A DNA stretch of 64,000 bases from Flavobacteriales bacterium (GTDB taxonomy: Bacteria > Bacteroidota > Bacteroidia > NS11-12g > UBA9320). The stretch spans positions 256,428 to 320,427 of the forward strand of contig JACJZW010000001.1 of assembly GCA_020635355.1 (NCBI GenBank), written 5' to 3'. Of the stretch, positions 46,797-56,700 are shown piece after piece. Made by a program: the position numbers and the translations under genes. The stretch's first letter is position 1. Every line of letters begins with the position of its first letter. The notes beneath the pieces were generated by a model. That model was not told the DNA's origin, made no database searches, and saw only the letters and a list, made by a program, of their open reading frames with translations.

Positions 46797-47854
46797 AAGA
46801 AGCAAAACTTGGATTTTTTGAACGCTGGTTATCCGTTTGGGTAGCCTTGTGTATTGCAGCTGGCGTAATGCTGGGCCATGCCTTCGGGGACCGGATCGAA
46901 GTGATCAGTCAGTGGGAACTTTTCGGCATCAATATACCCGTAGCCATCCTGGTTTGGTTGATGATCTTTCCGATGATGGCTCAAATTGATTTCAGTTCGA
47001 TTGGAAAATCTCGAGACAATCTAAAGGGTCTCACACTTACGGTAGTCGCCAATTGGCTGATCAAGCCACTGACGATGGCTATGATTTCTTATTTCTTTTT
47101 TTACGTGGTATTCGCGGATATGATTGCCCCAAAAACAGCTGAAGAATACCTTGCCGGTGCCATCCTGTTGGGGGCAGCGCCGTGTACCGCCATGGTCTTT
47201 GTTTGGTCGTATCTCACACGTGGAAATCCAAGGTATACCTTGATTCAGGTATCCGTCAATGATCTGATTCTTTTGGTAGCTTTTATTCCCATCGTGGCTC
47301 TTTTATTTAACCTGTTTGGCATTGCGATTCCTACTAACGCCGGAACGTTAGGCATACCCTACGATACACTAACCGCCTCCGTGATCATCTTTGTGGTCAT
47401 CCCTTTATTGGCCGGCTATCTGGTGCGCAGACTCTTCATTCCGTCAAAGGGAACCACCTGGTATGAGGAGGCATTTCTACCGACCTTGAAACCCCTTTCC
47501 ATCGGGGCCTTGCTGCTTACCCTCATTTTGATCTTTGCCTTTCAGGGAAATACCATTACCCGCGATCCGTTGGCCATTGTTCTGATTGCCCTTCCGCTCA
47601 CCATTCAAACGTATTTCATCTTTGCCATTACCTGGTATGCCGGGAAGTGGTTTAAGTTACCTCCATCTGTATGTGCACCATCAGCTCTGATTGGAGCAAG
47701 CAACTTTTTTGAATTGGCGGTTGCTGTTGCTATTGCGCTGTTTGGGCTGGATTCCGGGGCCTCACTGGCAACGGTGGTTGGCGTATTGATTGAGGTACCG
47801 GTGATGCTCTCGTTGGTTTGGTGGATAAATAGAACGCTTAGATCTAAGAGCTAA
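46793..47854 (+). CDS. acr3: ACR3-family arsenite efflux permease
   Basis: 353 aa. N-terminus MKEAKLGFFERWLSVWVALCIAAGVMLGHAF, 10 TM helices and the conserved Cys in GAAPCTAMV. Confidence 0.85.
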   Translation: MKEAKLGFFERWLSVWVALCIAAGVMLGHAFGDRIEVISQWELFGINIPVAILVWLMIFPMMAQIDFSSIGKSRDNLKGLTLTVVANWLIKPLTMAMISYFFFYVVFADMIAPKTAEEYLAGAILLGAAPCTAMVFVWSYLTRGNPRYTLIQVSVNDLILLVAFIPIVALLFNLFGIAIPTNAGTLGIPYDTLTASVIIFVVIPLLAGYLVRRLFIPSKGTTWYEEAFLPTLKPLSIGALLLTLILIFAFQGNTITRDPLAIVLIALPLTIQTYFIFAITWYAGKWFKLPPSVCAPSALIGASNFFELAVAVAIALFGLDSGASLATVVGVLIEVPVMLSLVWWINRTLRSKS

Positions 47855-47910
47855 GATCGATTGATTAAGAACTAAACATTAAGCATTAAAAACTACGTTC
47901 CGGGGAAATA

Positions 47911-47940
47911 AAAAGTCCCGACCGATGGTCAGGACTTTGC
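47911..47940. terminator. Bidirectional intrinsic terminator between acr3 and tRNA-Arg
   Basis: AAAA-GTCCCGACC-gatg-GTCAGGAC-TTTG (9-bp stem, 1 mismatch). Confidence 0.5.
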
Positions 47941-47948
47941 TCTCTTTG

Positions 47949-48022
47949 TGACCTCGTCAGGATTCAAACCTGAAACCTTCTGATCCGTAGTCAGATGCTC
48001 TATTCAATTGAGCTACGAGGCC
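47949..48022 (-). tRNA. tRNA-Arg (anticodon ACG)
   Basis: Minus strand: GGCCTCG-TA-GCTC-AATTGAATA-GAGC-A-TCTGA-CTACGGA-TCAGA-AGGTT-TCAGG-TTTGAAT-CCTGA-CGAGGTC-A. Cloverleaf, 74 nt, no encoded CCA. Confidence 0.85.
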
Positions 48023-48132
48023 TCCTCTTTGAGGGCTGCAAATATATTTAAGTTCAACGGGTTACAAAAAAGAAAAAACTCAATTTCAATGAGGCGTTTT
48101 TAGCCCACGTTTCAATCTTGGAAATACCCCGT

Positions 48133-48498
48133 TTAGACTTTGTAAATGTCGGTTGGATTGTCCAGCATAACCGCTCGATCTCCACGAACAGCGATGGGAC
48201 TGCGAATCAATCCCGGATTGTTGATCAGCACGTTTAGCCAGTCCTCATCCTGAAATTCCCGTCCACGTATATTCTGCTGATAATACTCCTTGGATTTATC
48301 CAGAATATCCTTGGGTCGAAGACTTAGCTGATCAAGTAATTCGCGCCATTGAGTGGCGGTTTGACGAGCTTTTGAATACTCCAGCGTGAAAACATCACGT
48401 GAGAGAGAACGGGCATAGGCCATGGCCTTTTTCGCTTTGGAACAATCGGGATTGTAATAAATCGAAATGCCCGAAGAATGGGTAGACTTCTTATGCAT
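48133..48498 (-). CDS. ArsC/Spx/YffB-family (glutaredoxin-fold) arsenate-reductase-like protein
   Basis: 121 aa; IYYNPDCSKAKKAMAY matches the N-terminal Cys motif of the PF03960-like ArsC/YffB family, with a single Cys. Confidence 0.6.
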   Translation of the reverse strand: MHKKSTHSSGISIYYNPDCSKAKKAMAYARSLSRDVFTLEYSKARQTATQWRELLDQLSLRPKDILDKSKEYYQQNIRGREFQDEDWLNVLINNPGLIRSPIAVRGDRAVMLDNPTDIYKV

Positions 48499-48612
48499 AA
48501 ACGAACACTTTCACCCTAAAATACACGATTCCCTTGATTCCCGCAACAGCTAACCCTCAACTGCATCAGTTTCAATTTGATTAATTTTCCCCTCTTCTGT
48601 TTCAATTGTGGA

Positions 48613-49134
48613 ATGTCTGCGTATACCGAACAAGATATCGCTAATCTGGTGCACCGGTCTAACTGGGAACAAGCCGCTCAGGTTTGTGCCCGTGATCCAG
48701 AATCCATGGCATCCATGGTAAACTGCATGTTATACGGCAATCTACCGGCACGGAGGCGAGCGGCAGAAGTGGTACGCATAGCGTCGGATACCAACTACTC
48801 ATCGGTTGAGAAACATGTTCCTTCTATTGCCCGAAGGCTTGCCCAACCAGCCGATGACGGTATTATTCGGAATTGTTTGCATGTGTTGCAATTCGCTGAA
48901 ATCCCTGAAGATGAATCGGGATTGGTCTATGACCGATGCACGGAGTTGTTTAGTGACCCGAAACAGCCTGCGGCCATCCGGGTATTTGCTATGACGGTGC
49001 TGTATAAAATTGCACAACCCTATCCGGAATTACTCGATGAGTTGTTTGATCAGATTCGGGAACAACTTAAACATCCAACATCGGCGGGTTTTCAAAATCG
49101 AGCCGGAAAAATCCTGCGCAAAACGTGGAAATAA
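48613..49134 (+). CDS. Hypothetical all-alpha (HEAT/ARM-like) protein
   Basis: About 173 aa from MSAYTEQDIANLVHRSNWEQAAQV...; helical repeats; no catalytic motif. Confidence 0.35.
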   Translation: MSAYTEQDIANLVHRSNWEQAAQVCARDPESMASMVNCMLYGNLPARRRAAEVVRIASDTNYSSVEKHVPSIARRLAQPADDGIIRNCLHVLQFAEIPEDESGLVYDRCTELFSDPKQPAAIRVFAMTVLYKIAQPYPELLDELFDQIREQLKHPTSAGFQNRAGKILRKTWK

Positions 49135-49173
49135 TCCCCATTTTTGCCTTCACTTAAACGCTTATTTGTTCTC

Positions 49174-50061
49174 ATGCGCATTCTCGCCTCCATTCTGCTC
49201 ACGTTATTTCTAGGTTTGTCATCAGTCATCGCTCAAGACAAACCAGCCTATGTCCTGTACAACAGCAAAGGGAAAAAAGTGAGCTACTCCAAGATGCTCA
49301 AATCCTTTAAAAAATCTGAAGTTATCCTGTTTGGTGAATACCACGACAACCCCATTTCCCATTGGCTAGAACTGGAAGTCACCAAGGATTTGGCCGCGAA
49401 CTATCAACTTAGTTTGGGTGCTGAGATGATTGAAGCAGACGACCAAAAGCATCTCAACAACTATCTCACAGAAGTGATTGATGCGGCTGAGTTTGACACC
49501 ATTGCAAGGCTCTGGAACAATTACAAAACGGATTACAAACCGCTGGTGGATTTTGCACGGGACTCCAACCTCAAATTCATAGCTACCAATGTGCCCAGAC
49601 GTTATGCCCGTATTGTGGCACGAGGTGGGTTTGAGGCGCTGGATACCTTATCCGCCACAGACAAGACTTACATCGCCCCTCTTCCTATTGCCTTTGATCC
49701 GGAAATTAAAACCTACAAGGAGATGCTCACCATGATGGGGGATCACGGCTCTCCAAATATTGTAAAGGCTCAGGCCATCAAAGATGCCACCATGGCGCAC
49801 AACATTATGAAATATGTGCCCGCCAGAAAGAAATTCTCCCTCAAGTCGGCGGTTGATCAAAAGTTTCTCCATTACAATGGTGCCTACCACAGCGACTTTC
49901 ATGAGGGAATTGAATGGCAGATCCATCAGATCAATAAAAAAACCCGCGTTTCAACCATCAGCACCGTAATGTCCTCCGATCCAACCAAATTCCCCAAGGA
50001 TCATTTGGGGCGCGCTGATTTCATTATTGTGGTTGATGAAGACATGACGCGAACCTACTAG
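49174..50061 (+). CDS. ChaN-family (Tiki/TraB superfamily) putative heme/iron-associated lipoprotein
   Basis: About 295 aa from MRILASILLTLFLGLSSVIAQ (signal peptide). GEYHDN motif (GEYH is characteristic of the ChaN/Tiki fold). Confidence 0.55.
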   Translation: MRILASILLTLFLGLSSVIAQDKPAYVLYNSKGKKVSYSKMLKSFKKSEVILFGEYHDNPISHWLELEVTKDLAANYQLSLGAEMIEADDQKHLNNYLTEVIDAAEFDTIARLWNNYKTDYKPLVDFARDSNLKFIATNVPRRYARIVARGGFEALDTLSATDKTYIAPLPIAFDPEIKTYKEMLTMMGDHGSPNIVKAQAIKDATMAHNIMKYVPARKKFSLKSAVDQKFLHYNGAYHSDFHEGIEWQIHQINKKTRVSTISTVMSSDPTKFPKDHLGRADFIIVVDEDMTRTY

Positions 50062-50068
50062 AGAACTC

Positions 50069-50827
50069 ATGAAACAGAAACTGCTAACCATCCTGTTGTC
50101 TTTCCTGATCCTCGGAAACGCTGATTTGTCCTATGGCCAATCAGCTTGTCAGGACGTCGTTTATCTTAAAAATGGTAGCGTGATCCGTGGAATGGTCACT
50201 GAAATGATTCCCGGTCAAACCATTAAAATCCAAACAACGGATGGAAGTTTGTTCGTATACAAGATGGAAGAGGTAGACAAGGTGATAAAAGAAAGTATCG
50301 CCAAGAAGACCAGTGATCATCTGGGTATTGATGCGCGTGAAGGGAGCTTTTTTCCTGGTGTGGAAGCCGGAATTCAGCTGGGAGTTGGTCCGTATGGCGT
50401 TCATCGTATCAAGGCAGATTATACCTACAACTACACGGTTTTACCCATGCTCTCAGTTGGTGCAGGAACGGGCATTCGCTATTTCTTTGACAACAAGAAA
50501 ACCCATGGAGACGCCGCTTTGGTACCGGTATTTATCACCGCAAACATTCACGGAAAAAGCAACATATTGGGACCATATTTCGCCCTTGCCGGAGGGTACA
50601 CCATGAATGCATCCGATGAATTCAACGGTGAAGGTGTTCTATTCAATTCACAATTTGGGATCCGATATCCGGTTGGAACTGCCTCTACCATGTATTGTGG
50701 TATGGGATACGGGATACAGGACATGCGATTTCAAGGTGTTGTCTGGACATCCAATTACACCTTCAAGATCAACACGTTTACCAAGTCTTCCGGTTGCTTC
50801 GAGATCTGTACAGGTCTTAACTTCTAG
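50069..50827 (+). CDS. Secreted protein with C-terminal outer-membrane beta-barrel-like domain
   Basis: 252 aa. Signal peptide MKQKLLTILLSFLILGNADLSYGQ. An N-terminal about 60-aa domain, then alternating hydrophobic beta-strand pattern ending ...FEICTGLNF (aromatic C-terminus). Confidence 0.45.
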   Translation: MKQKLLTILLSFLILGNADLSYGQSACQDVVYLKNGSVIRGMVTEMIPGQTIKIQTTDGSLFVYKMEEVDKVIKESIAKKTSDHLGIDAREGSFFPGVEAGIQLGVGPYGVHRIKADYTYNYTVLPMLSVGAGTGIRYFFDNKKTHGDAALVPVFITANIHGKSNILGPYFALAGGYTMNASDEFNGEGVLFNSQFGIRYPVGTASTMYCGMGYGIQDMRFQGVVWTSNYTFKINTFTKSSGCFEICTGLNF

Positions 50828-51789
50828 GCATCTGCGTTCAACGGTGCGATCAGGAAAAAACCATCATTTCCACGACTCTGATAGAGGGGCATAAAAATGT
50901 ATCCATCGTATGGTGAATGGATGCTTCCCTCATCGTTTTGTGCCAGCTCCTCTCCTTTTTTAACCGGCTGGAAATTTTCAAATCCCGGCAACATCCGGAA
51001 GTTTTCATCTTCCCGAATTCGGTACCGACTGATAATCTTGAAATTTCCTGAAATGTGCTTTGATGAACCTGCCAATGACTGGCGGTGATAGGCCAAACGA
51101 GCATCCTCGGAGTCCTTTAGAATTCCGGTGTGTTCCAACATCGTCCAGATAAAACTCTCATGGCTTTCAAGCGCAAGCGGACTCTGATGTTGGCCGGCTT
51201 CATAGGCCATGCCGATATGTCCCAACTCATTCACATAGCTCAGTAACGTTCCATCCAAAAAGCCCGAAAGTCCCCCAATTACAGGAAGAGGCAATGGTTG
51301 AACAAACTCGATACTCTTAGGAAAAAAGTTCGTCACCACGAACGGTATGGTTGGACTGGAAGTGGTGTGTAAATCAATAAGAACAAACTGTCCGGTAGTT
51401 ACGTCAATAGCTTCCTTTAGGTGGTGGTACACGACGGATAATTCATGATTTTCCGTATGTCGAAGATCGAGGCGGTTGTAGTGCAAGTCATCCAAATTTT
51501 CCCGGGTCCACATCCGGTTTAAGTCCTGGTATAAATATCGCTGGCCCAATCGGCAGGCCTCCATATTTCCTGTGATGGCCAACAATCTTCCATTCAGCTC
51601 AAGATCGTGTTCTTCCAGATAGGCTACCACACGCTGAATGGCGCCAATACCCATTAATTCATTTCCGTGGGTTCCCCCAACCAACATTAAGGTGTTCCCC
51701 CTGTTGGAGTTGCCCAAATCAGCAATTACCCTGGAAATGGAAACCTCATCCTGAAGGAGTTTGATGCTTACATCGGATTCTTCTCTCAT
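50824..51789 (-). CDS. Succinylglutamate desuccinylase / aspartoacylase (AstE/AspA) family zinc deacylase
   Basis: 321 aa with LVGGTHGNELMG (H-x-x-E zinc site) and a later ...DLH... motif. The start overlaps the upstream gene's stop by 4 nt. Confidence 0.7.
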   Translation of the reverse strand: MREESDVSIKLLQDEVSISRVIADLGNSNRGNTLMLVGGTHGNELMGIGAIQRVVAYLEEHDLELNGRLLAITGNMEACRLGQRYLYQDLNRMWTRENLDDLHYNRLDLRHTENHELSVVYHHLKEAIDVTTGQFVLIDLHTTSSPTIPFVVTNFFPKSIEFVQPLPLPVIGGLSGFLDGTLLSYVNELGHIGMAYEAGQHQSPLALESHESFIWTMLEHTGILKDSEDARLAYHRQSLAGSSKHISGNFKIISRYRIREDENFRMLPGFENFQPVKKGEELAQNDEGSIHSPYDGYIFMPLYQSRGNDGFFLIAPLNADA

Positions 51790-53684
51790 GGACGTTCGGT
51801 AAGCATGCCTGTTAACTTCAGTACCTGCATGATGTCACTTTCCGTAATGATACCCAGAAGCCTGTTTTCATCATTCACAACCGGCAGCGCATCGGTCCGA
51901 TTATCTGCCATTAGCTGAATGGCCTCGCGGGTTTGCATGTGCGGATTTGCCTTCGGAAATTCGGTTAACATGATGTCCTGTACCAGCATGTCCTCATGGC
52001 TGCTTTGTTCAGCCAGATAATGGATGATGCAGTGTGTGTTGATGAGCCCAACCAACTCATGTTTTTCATTTTCAACCGGTACGTGACGTATATGATGCCA
52101 GTGCATGACATTTACCACCAGGTCAATGGGATCATCCTGACGAACGGTATACAAATCCGTTTCCATCACCTCCTGAACCAGATTAAACTTCTTACGCATG
52201 ACTTCCATTTCAGCTATGTTTTCCCATGCATCCACTGTTTTGTTTGAATGTTGATTGGCGTACATCTGCTGAGTAAGCTGGATGCTGGCCTCCAGCGAGG
52301 TGCTATCTTTCAGCAACATCCCGAAATTGTTCAACTGCCATCTTGCTCCATTCTGTCGGGAATCCAATCGCGCTCGAATCACGCCCAAATACCGATCGAT
52401 GTCCTCTGCAGCGATTCCGCGCATTTCCAGTCCTTTCTTTGCCAATGGTAAGAGCTTGCTTCGAATGAGCGTGGTGGCTGGCATCACCTTGCCAAACCAA
52501 TTGAACTGACAATCCAATCCTCGTCGGGCAGCATTGTAAAAATTATACCGAACCTCTTCAAATTCAATGAGTTCGGGTAGATTTCTGAATTTTTCCGGCA
52601 GGGCCACCATCAGCCCCAACCAAAAGGCTGAATTCGCGATTTCATCGGTGAGTGTTGGACCGCTGGGAATGTATCGATTCTCAATTCGCAGGTGAGGTTT
52701 GCCATTGGTAACACCGTAACAGGCTCGATTCCATTTATACACAGTTCCATTGTGAAGGGCCAGTGCCCTGAGTTTTGGCACCTTGCCTTGATCCAGTTCT
52801 TCCACCGAATCCTCCCCCAGATCGGTAGCAAACAAGAGGTTAAACCGGGAAATATTGTCTTTGTACAACTCGGTTACCGAATTCTTCAGCCACGAATTAC
52901 CAAAGGCTACCCGTGGTTCTACCGATCGTACCACATTGTTGGCCTTACGTGTATCCACGCTTTGCTGAAACAGCGCAATCCGTGTTTCGTGCCAGAGACG
53001 TTTACCCATTAAAATGGGTGAGTTAGCCGAAACCGCCAATACCGGTCCCGCAATCAGCTGCGCCCAGTTGTAGCTGGACACAAAATCATCTGGCTCTAAT
53101 TGCAAATGAACCTGAAAACTGGTGTTGCAGGCCTCAAAGAGGATGTTGTTGTGCTTGGTGATGAGTTCATCTTTCCCCACAATGTTGAGTTCAAAATCTT
53201 CCCCGCGTTGGGCATAGATCACATCGTTCAAGGCTTTGTACCGCTCATTGGGCGTCATGTGCTCAAAGTTGAGGTATTGCTTACCCAGTGTGGGCGCAAT
53301 GCCGGTGAGCAGAATTTTTGTCCCCAGTTTCCCTGCTTTCTCATCTCCTAGTTTGATCAAATCGGCCAGTTGCTGTTCCAATTCCGACAAACTTTTACCT
53401 GAAAATTCAATGGGATCGGAGTTGATTTCCAGATTGAACCGGGCAATCTCTGTGGTATAATGGGGATCGGATATGGACTCCAGGATATCCATGTTGTTGG
53501 TGGCAGGTCTCCAATTTTGATCCAACAATACCAACTCCTGTTCGGCGCCAATGCGTTGAATGCCGGTTTCAAACATGCCTTCACGCAGCATGCGCTCCAA
53601 TGCTTGAATGTCCCTCAGAAGCAACTTGGTGTACTGCCTCTTTTGAGCGGGGTCAGCAAACTGACTTACGCTGTGTTCTCCCAT
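51786..53684 (-). CDS. GCS2-family (YbdK-like) carboxylate-amine ligase fused to a C-terminal CBS-domain pair
   Basis: 632 aa. The N-terminal about 480 aa carry a GCS2/glutamate-cysteine-ligase-like core (SFQVHLQLEP resembling the QHVHVG motif). The C-terminal about 130 aa are two CBS domains (LYTVRQDDPIDLVVNVMHWHHIRHVPV..., VQDIMLTEFPKANPHMQTREAIQLMADNRTDALPVV...). Confidence 0.6.
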   Translation of the reverse strand: MGEHSVSQFADPAQKRQYTKLLLRDIQALERMLREGMFETGIQRIGAEQELVLLDQNWRPATNNMDILESISDPHYTTEIARFNLEINSDPIEFSGKSLSELEQQLADLIKLGDEKAGKLGTKILLTGIAPTLGKQYLNFEHMTPNERYKALNDVIYAQRGEDFELNIVGKDELITKHNNILFEACNTSFQVHLQLEPDDFVSSYNWAQLIAGPVLAVSANSPILMGKRLWHETRIALFQQSVDTRKANNVVRSVEPRVAFGNSWLKNSVTELYKDNISRFNLLFATDLGEDSVEELDQGKVPKLRALALHNGTVYKWNRACYGVTNGKPHLRIENRYIPSGPTLTDEIANSAFWLGLMVALPEKFRNLPELIEFEEVRYNFYNAARRGLDCQFNWFGKVMPATTLIRSKLLPLAKKGLEMRGIAAEDIDRYLGVIRARLDSRQNGARWQLNNFGMLLKDSTSLEASIQLTQQMYANQHSNKTVDAWENIAEMEVMRKKFNLVQEVMETDLYTVRQDDPIDLVVNVMHWHHIRHVPVENEKHELVGLINTHCIIHYLAEQSSHEDMLVQDIMLTEFPKANPHMQTREAIQLMADNRTDALPVVNDENRLLGIITESDIMQVLKLTGMLTERP

Positions 53685-53758
53685 TCCGTAATGTTAATTG
53701 TGGTTGACTAAAATACGTTATGCCCAGCGCCCCGTCAACCTTTTGCGCACCTCTTCCC

Positions 53759-56700
53759 TTATTTAGGAACGATGTAATTAATCCGTCGATCCAGGAGCAT
53801 CTGATTAAACCGTCGGATTTCATTGGCTTTCATCGCTTCATACCGGTCCAGCCGGGCGGATAATTCCGACAACAATTCATTCTTCAACTGAACAGCTTGT
53901 GTTGTTGGTCCGTATGTTCCCATTGAAACCAACATATTGACGTGTGCCAGTTTATTGTTGAGTTTGATCGGATAGTTGATCGGGTCCTGCTCACTTCTGA
54001 GCTTGGTTTGATAGATATCGTTTCTCAGACTATCCAGTTCGGATTGAATGGCTTTACCCAATAGCTGAAGGCTGTCTGTTTTGGATAACTCCGAGTGCTT
54101 TTTAAGTAGGTCATTGATTTGCGCCGATGTCGTTGCCATTGCATCGAGTGAACGATGGGCAGAATCAAGCGCCGTAATCACCTCCATCTGAAACGCAAAC
54201 TTCTCACGAGCATCCTGGGCACTGCCTTCGTCCATGGGATTGTGTTTCAGTTCAAAGGTCTTTTCAAACGTTCGGTCACCCACCGTCAAACGAAATTTGT
54301 AGATACCCGGAGCCGCTGTTGGTCCTCCTGTTCTGCCTGCCCAAAGAATCATCCCCGAAGGCACGTAGGCCTTGGGGTAGCGTAGATTCCAATCCAAATA
54401 ATTCATCCCTTTTTGGGGCTTAAATGCCGAGGTATCCTGACCAGATCCTTTCATCGCCCAGGATCTTACTCGTTTTCCGTCAGATGAGAATACGTCCACC
54501 ATAAAGGTATCGCTCGGTTTGATGGAATCGGACAGATAGAAGGACAAACCGGCTTTGGATCCATGACAGATAAAATCACCGTTGGCGTTCACAATTCTCG
54601 ATCCATCCGGCATCGTCTTACCCGCCTTTCGAACTGCACTTAAATCGTCAATCATCCAAAAACCACGACCTTGGGTGGCCACAATCAGATCATCGTCCCG
54701 TTGACATAAATCCGTAATGGGAACGATGGGCAGATTTAATTGAAACGGCTGCCATTGCTCACCGTTGTTATAGGAGATGTACATGCCTCGTTCGGTTCCG
54801 GCATAGCACAAGCCGCGAACACTTTTATCACACCGAAGGGTTCGGGTGAAATGATTCTCCGGGAGGCCCTTTGTGCAAAGCTTCCAGGTATCTCCGTAGT
54901 CGGCACTCACATAGATGTAAGGGTGATTGTCACCCATTTTATACCCGGTAGCCACCACATAGACATGACCTTTCTCAAACGGATCACATTCAATTTGATT
55001 GATCATTAATCCTTTGGGCATTTTAGGTGGAGTGATGGCGTTCCAATTGGCTCCGTTATCCTTGGTTCTGTAAACTAATCCATCGTCCGATCCGGTATAG
55101 ATCAGCCCCGGTTCCAATTCGGATTCAACCACAGCGAAGATGGTACAGTAGTATTCTACTCCCGTATTATCCTTGGTAATAGGACCGCCACTGGCTTTTA
55201 ATTTTTCCGGATCATTGGTGGTGAGATCCGGACTGATCATTTTCCAGCTATTCCCCCCGTCATGACTTACGTGAAGATGGTTGGAGGCCGCATATAACCT
55301 GGTTGAATCATGTGGCGAAAAGAAGAGCGGGAAGTTCCATTGGAAGCGATACTTCATTCCCTCTGCTCCGTAGCCAAGCGGATTATCCGGCCATACATTA
55401 ATACCACGGTTGTCGCCTGTCCGATGGTTGCGTCTCGTTAGGTACCCCCCATAACTACCTGCGTACACAATTTCAGGATTGAGCGGATCCGGCGCAATTG
55501 TCGCACTTTCGCCTCCTGCCGTACTCTCCCACTGGCCGGTCAAATGATCCACCCGCATGGTTGAATTATCCTGTTGTGCTCCATATATCCGATAGGGTAC
55601 ATGATTGTCCGTGGTAACTCGGTAGAATTGTTCAGTTGGCTGATTGTGATAGGATGTCCAGCTTCCACCGCCATTGTAACTTACTTGTCCCCCTCCATCA
55701 TTGGCTACAATCATGCGTTTGGCGTCCTGGGGATCAATCCAGAGTTGGTGATGATCAACGTGAGGGGTGTATACCGGCTTAAAACTCTTGCCGCCATCTG
55801 TACTTTTCTGAAATCTGACGTTCATCACATAGACGGTTTCCGGATCCTTAGGATCCGCGGTTACACGGGAAAAATACCAGGAACGCTGCCGGATTTCAGC
55901 CGAAGAATTCACCAACTTCCAGGTATCGCCTCCGTCATCGGAACGATATAGTCCTCCCTGACTGGCGTGTTCTACCATAGCGTAGATCAAGTCCTTTTTT
56001 GCCCGTGACGGTGCGAGCGTTATTTTACCCAAGAGTCCTTCCGGAAGACCCGGATTTTTGGAAATGTTCTGCCAGGTTTTACCCTCGTCTCTGCTCCTCC
56101 ATAGTGCCGAGCCCTTACCACCGCTGGAAAAGTCATACGGAGAACGTCTTACCTCCCAGGTGGATGCGAATACATTTCGATGGTTAAAGGGGTCAAAAAC
56201 GATGTCATTAGCACCTGCCTTTTTACCATTGTCGAGGACTTTCTTCCAGGATGAACCACCATCTTCTGAACGGTAAATGCCCCGCATTTCGGAATCGGTA
56301 AATAAATCACCCAAAACAGCTGCCATCACCACATCGGCATTTTTGGGATGGACGGCCATCCTTGGAATATGACGTGATTCCTTCAACCCCATGAATCTCC
56401 AGGTTTTACCCGCATCTACTGAGCGCCACACCCCTTCTCCAGACGACACATTCCCTCGGAGTGTTTCCTCACCCTGCCCTACATAAATCACGTTTTCATC
56501 GCTCGGAGCCAATTCAACAGAACCAATGCTTCCGCCAAAGTAGGTGTCGCTGATATTGGTCCAGGAATGACCTCCATTTGAGGTTTTCCAGACTCCTCCA
56601 CCTGTAGTTCCCATATAGAACAAGTCGCGATCCAAGGTGGAGCCGCACACCGCTGCGCATCTTCCGCCCCGATTGGGTCCAATACTTCTATAGGAAAGAT

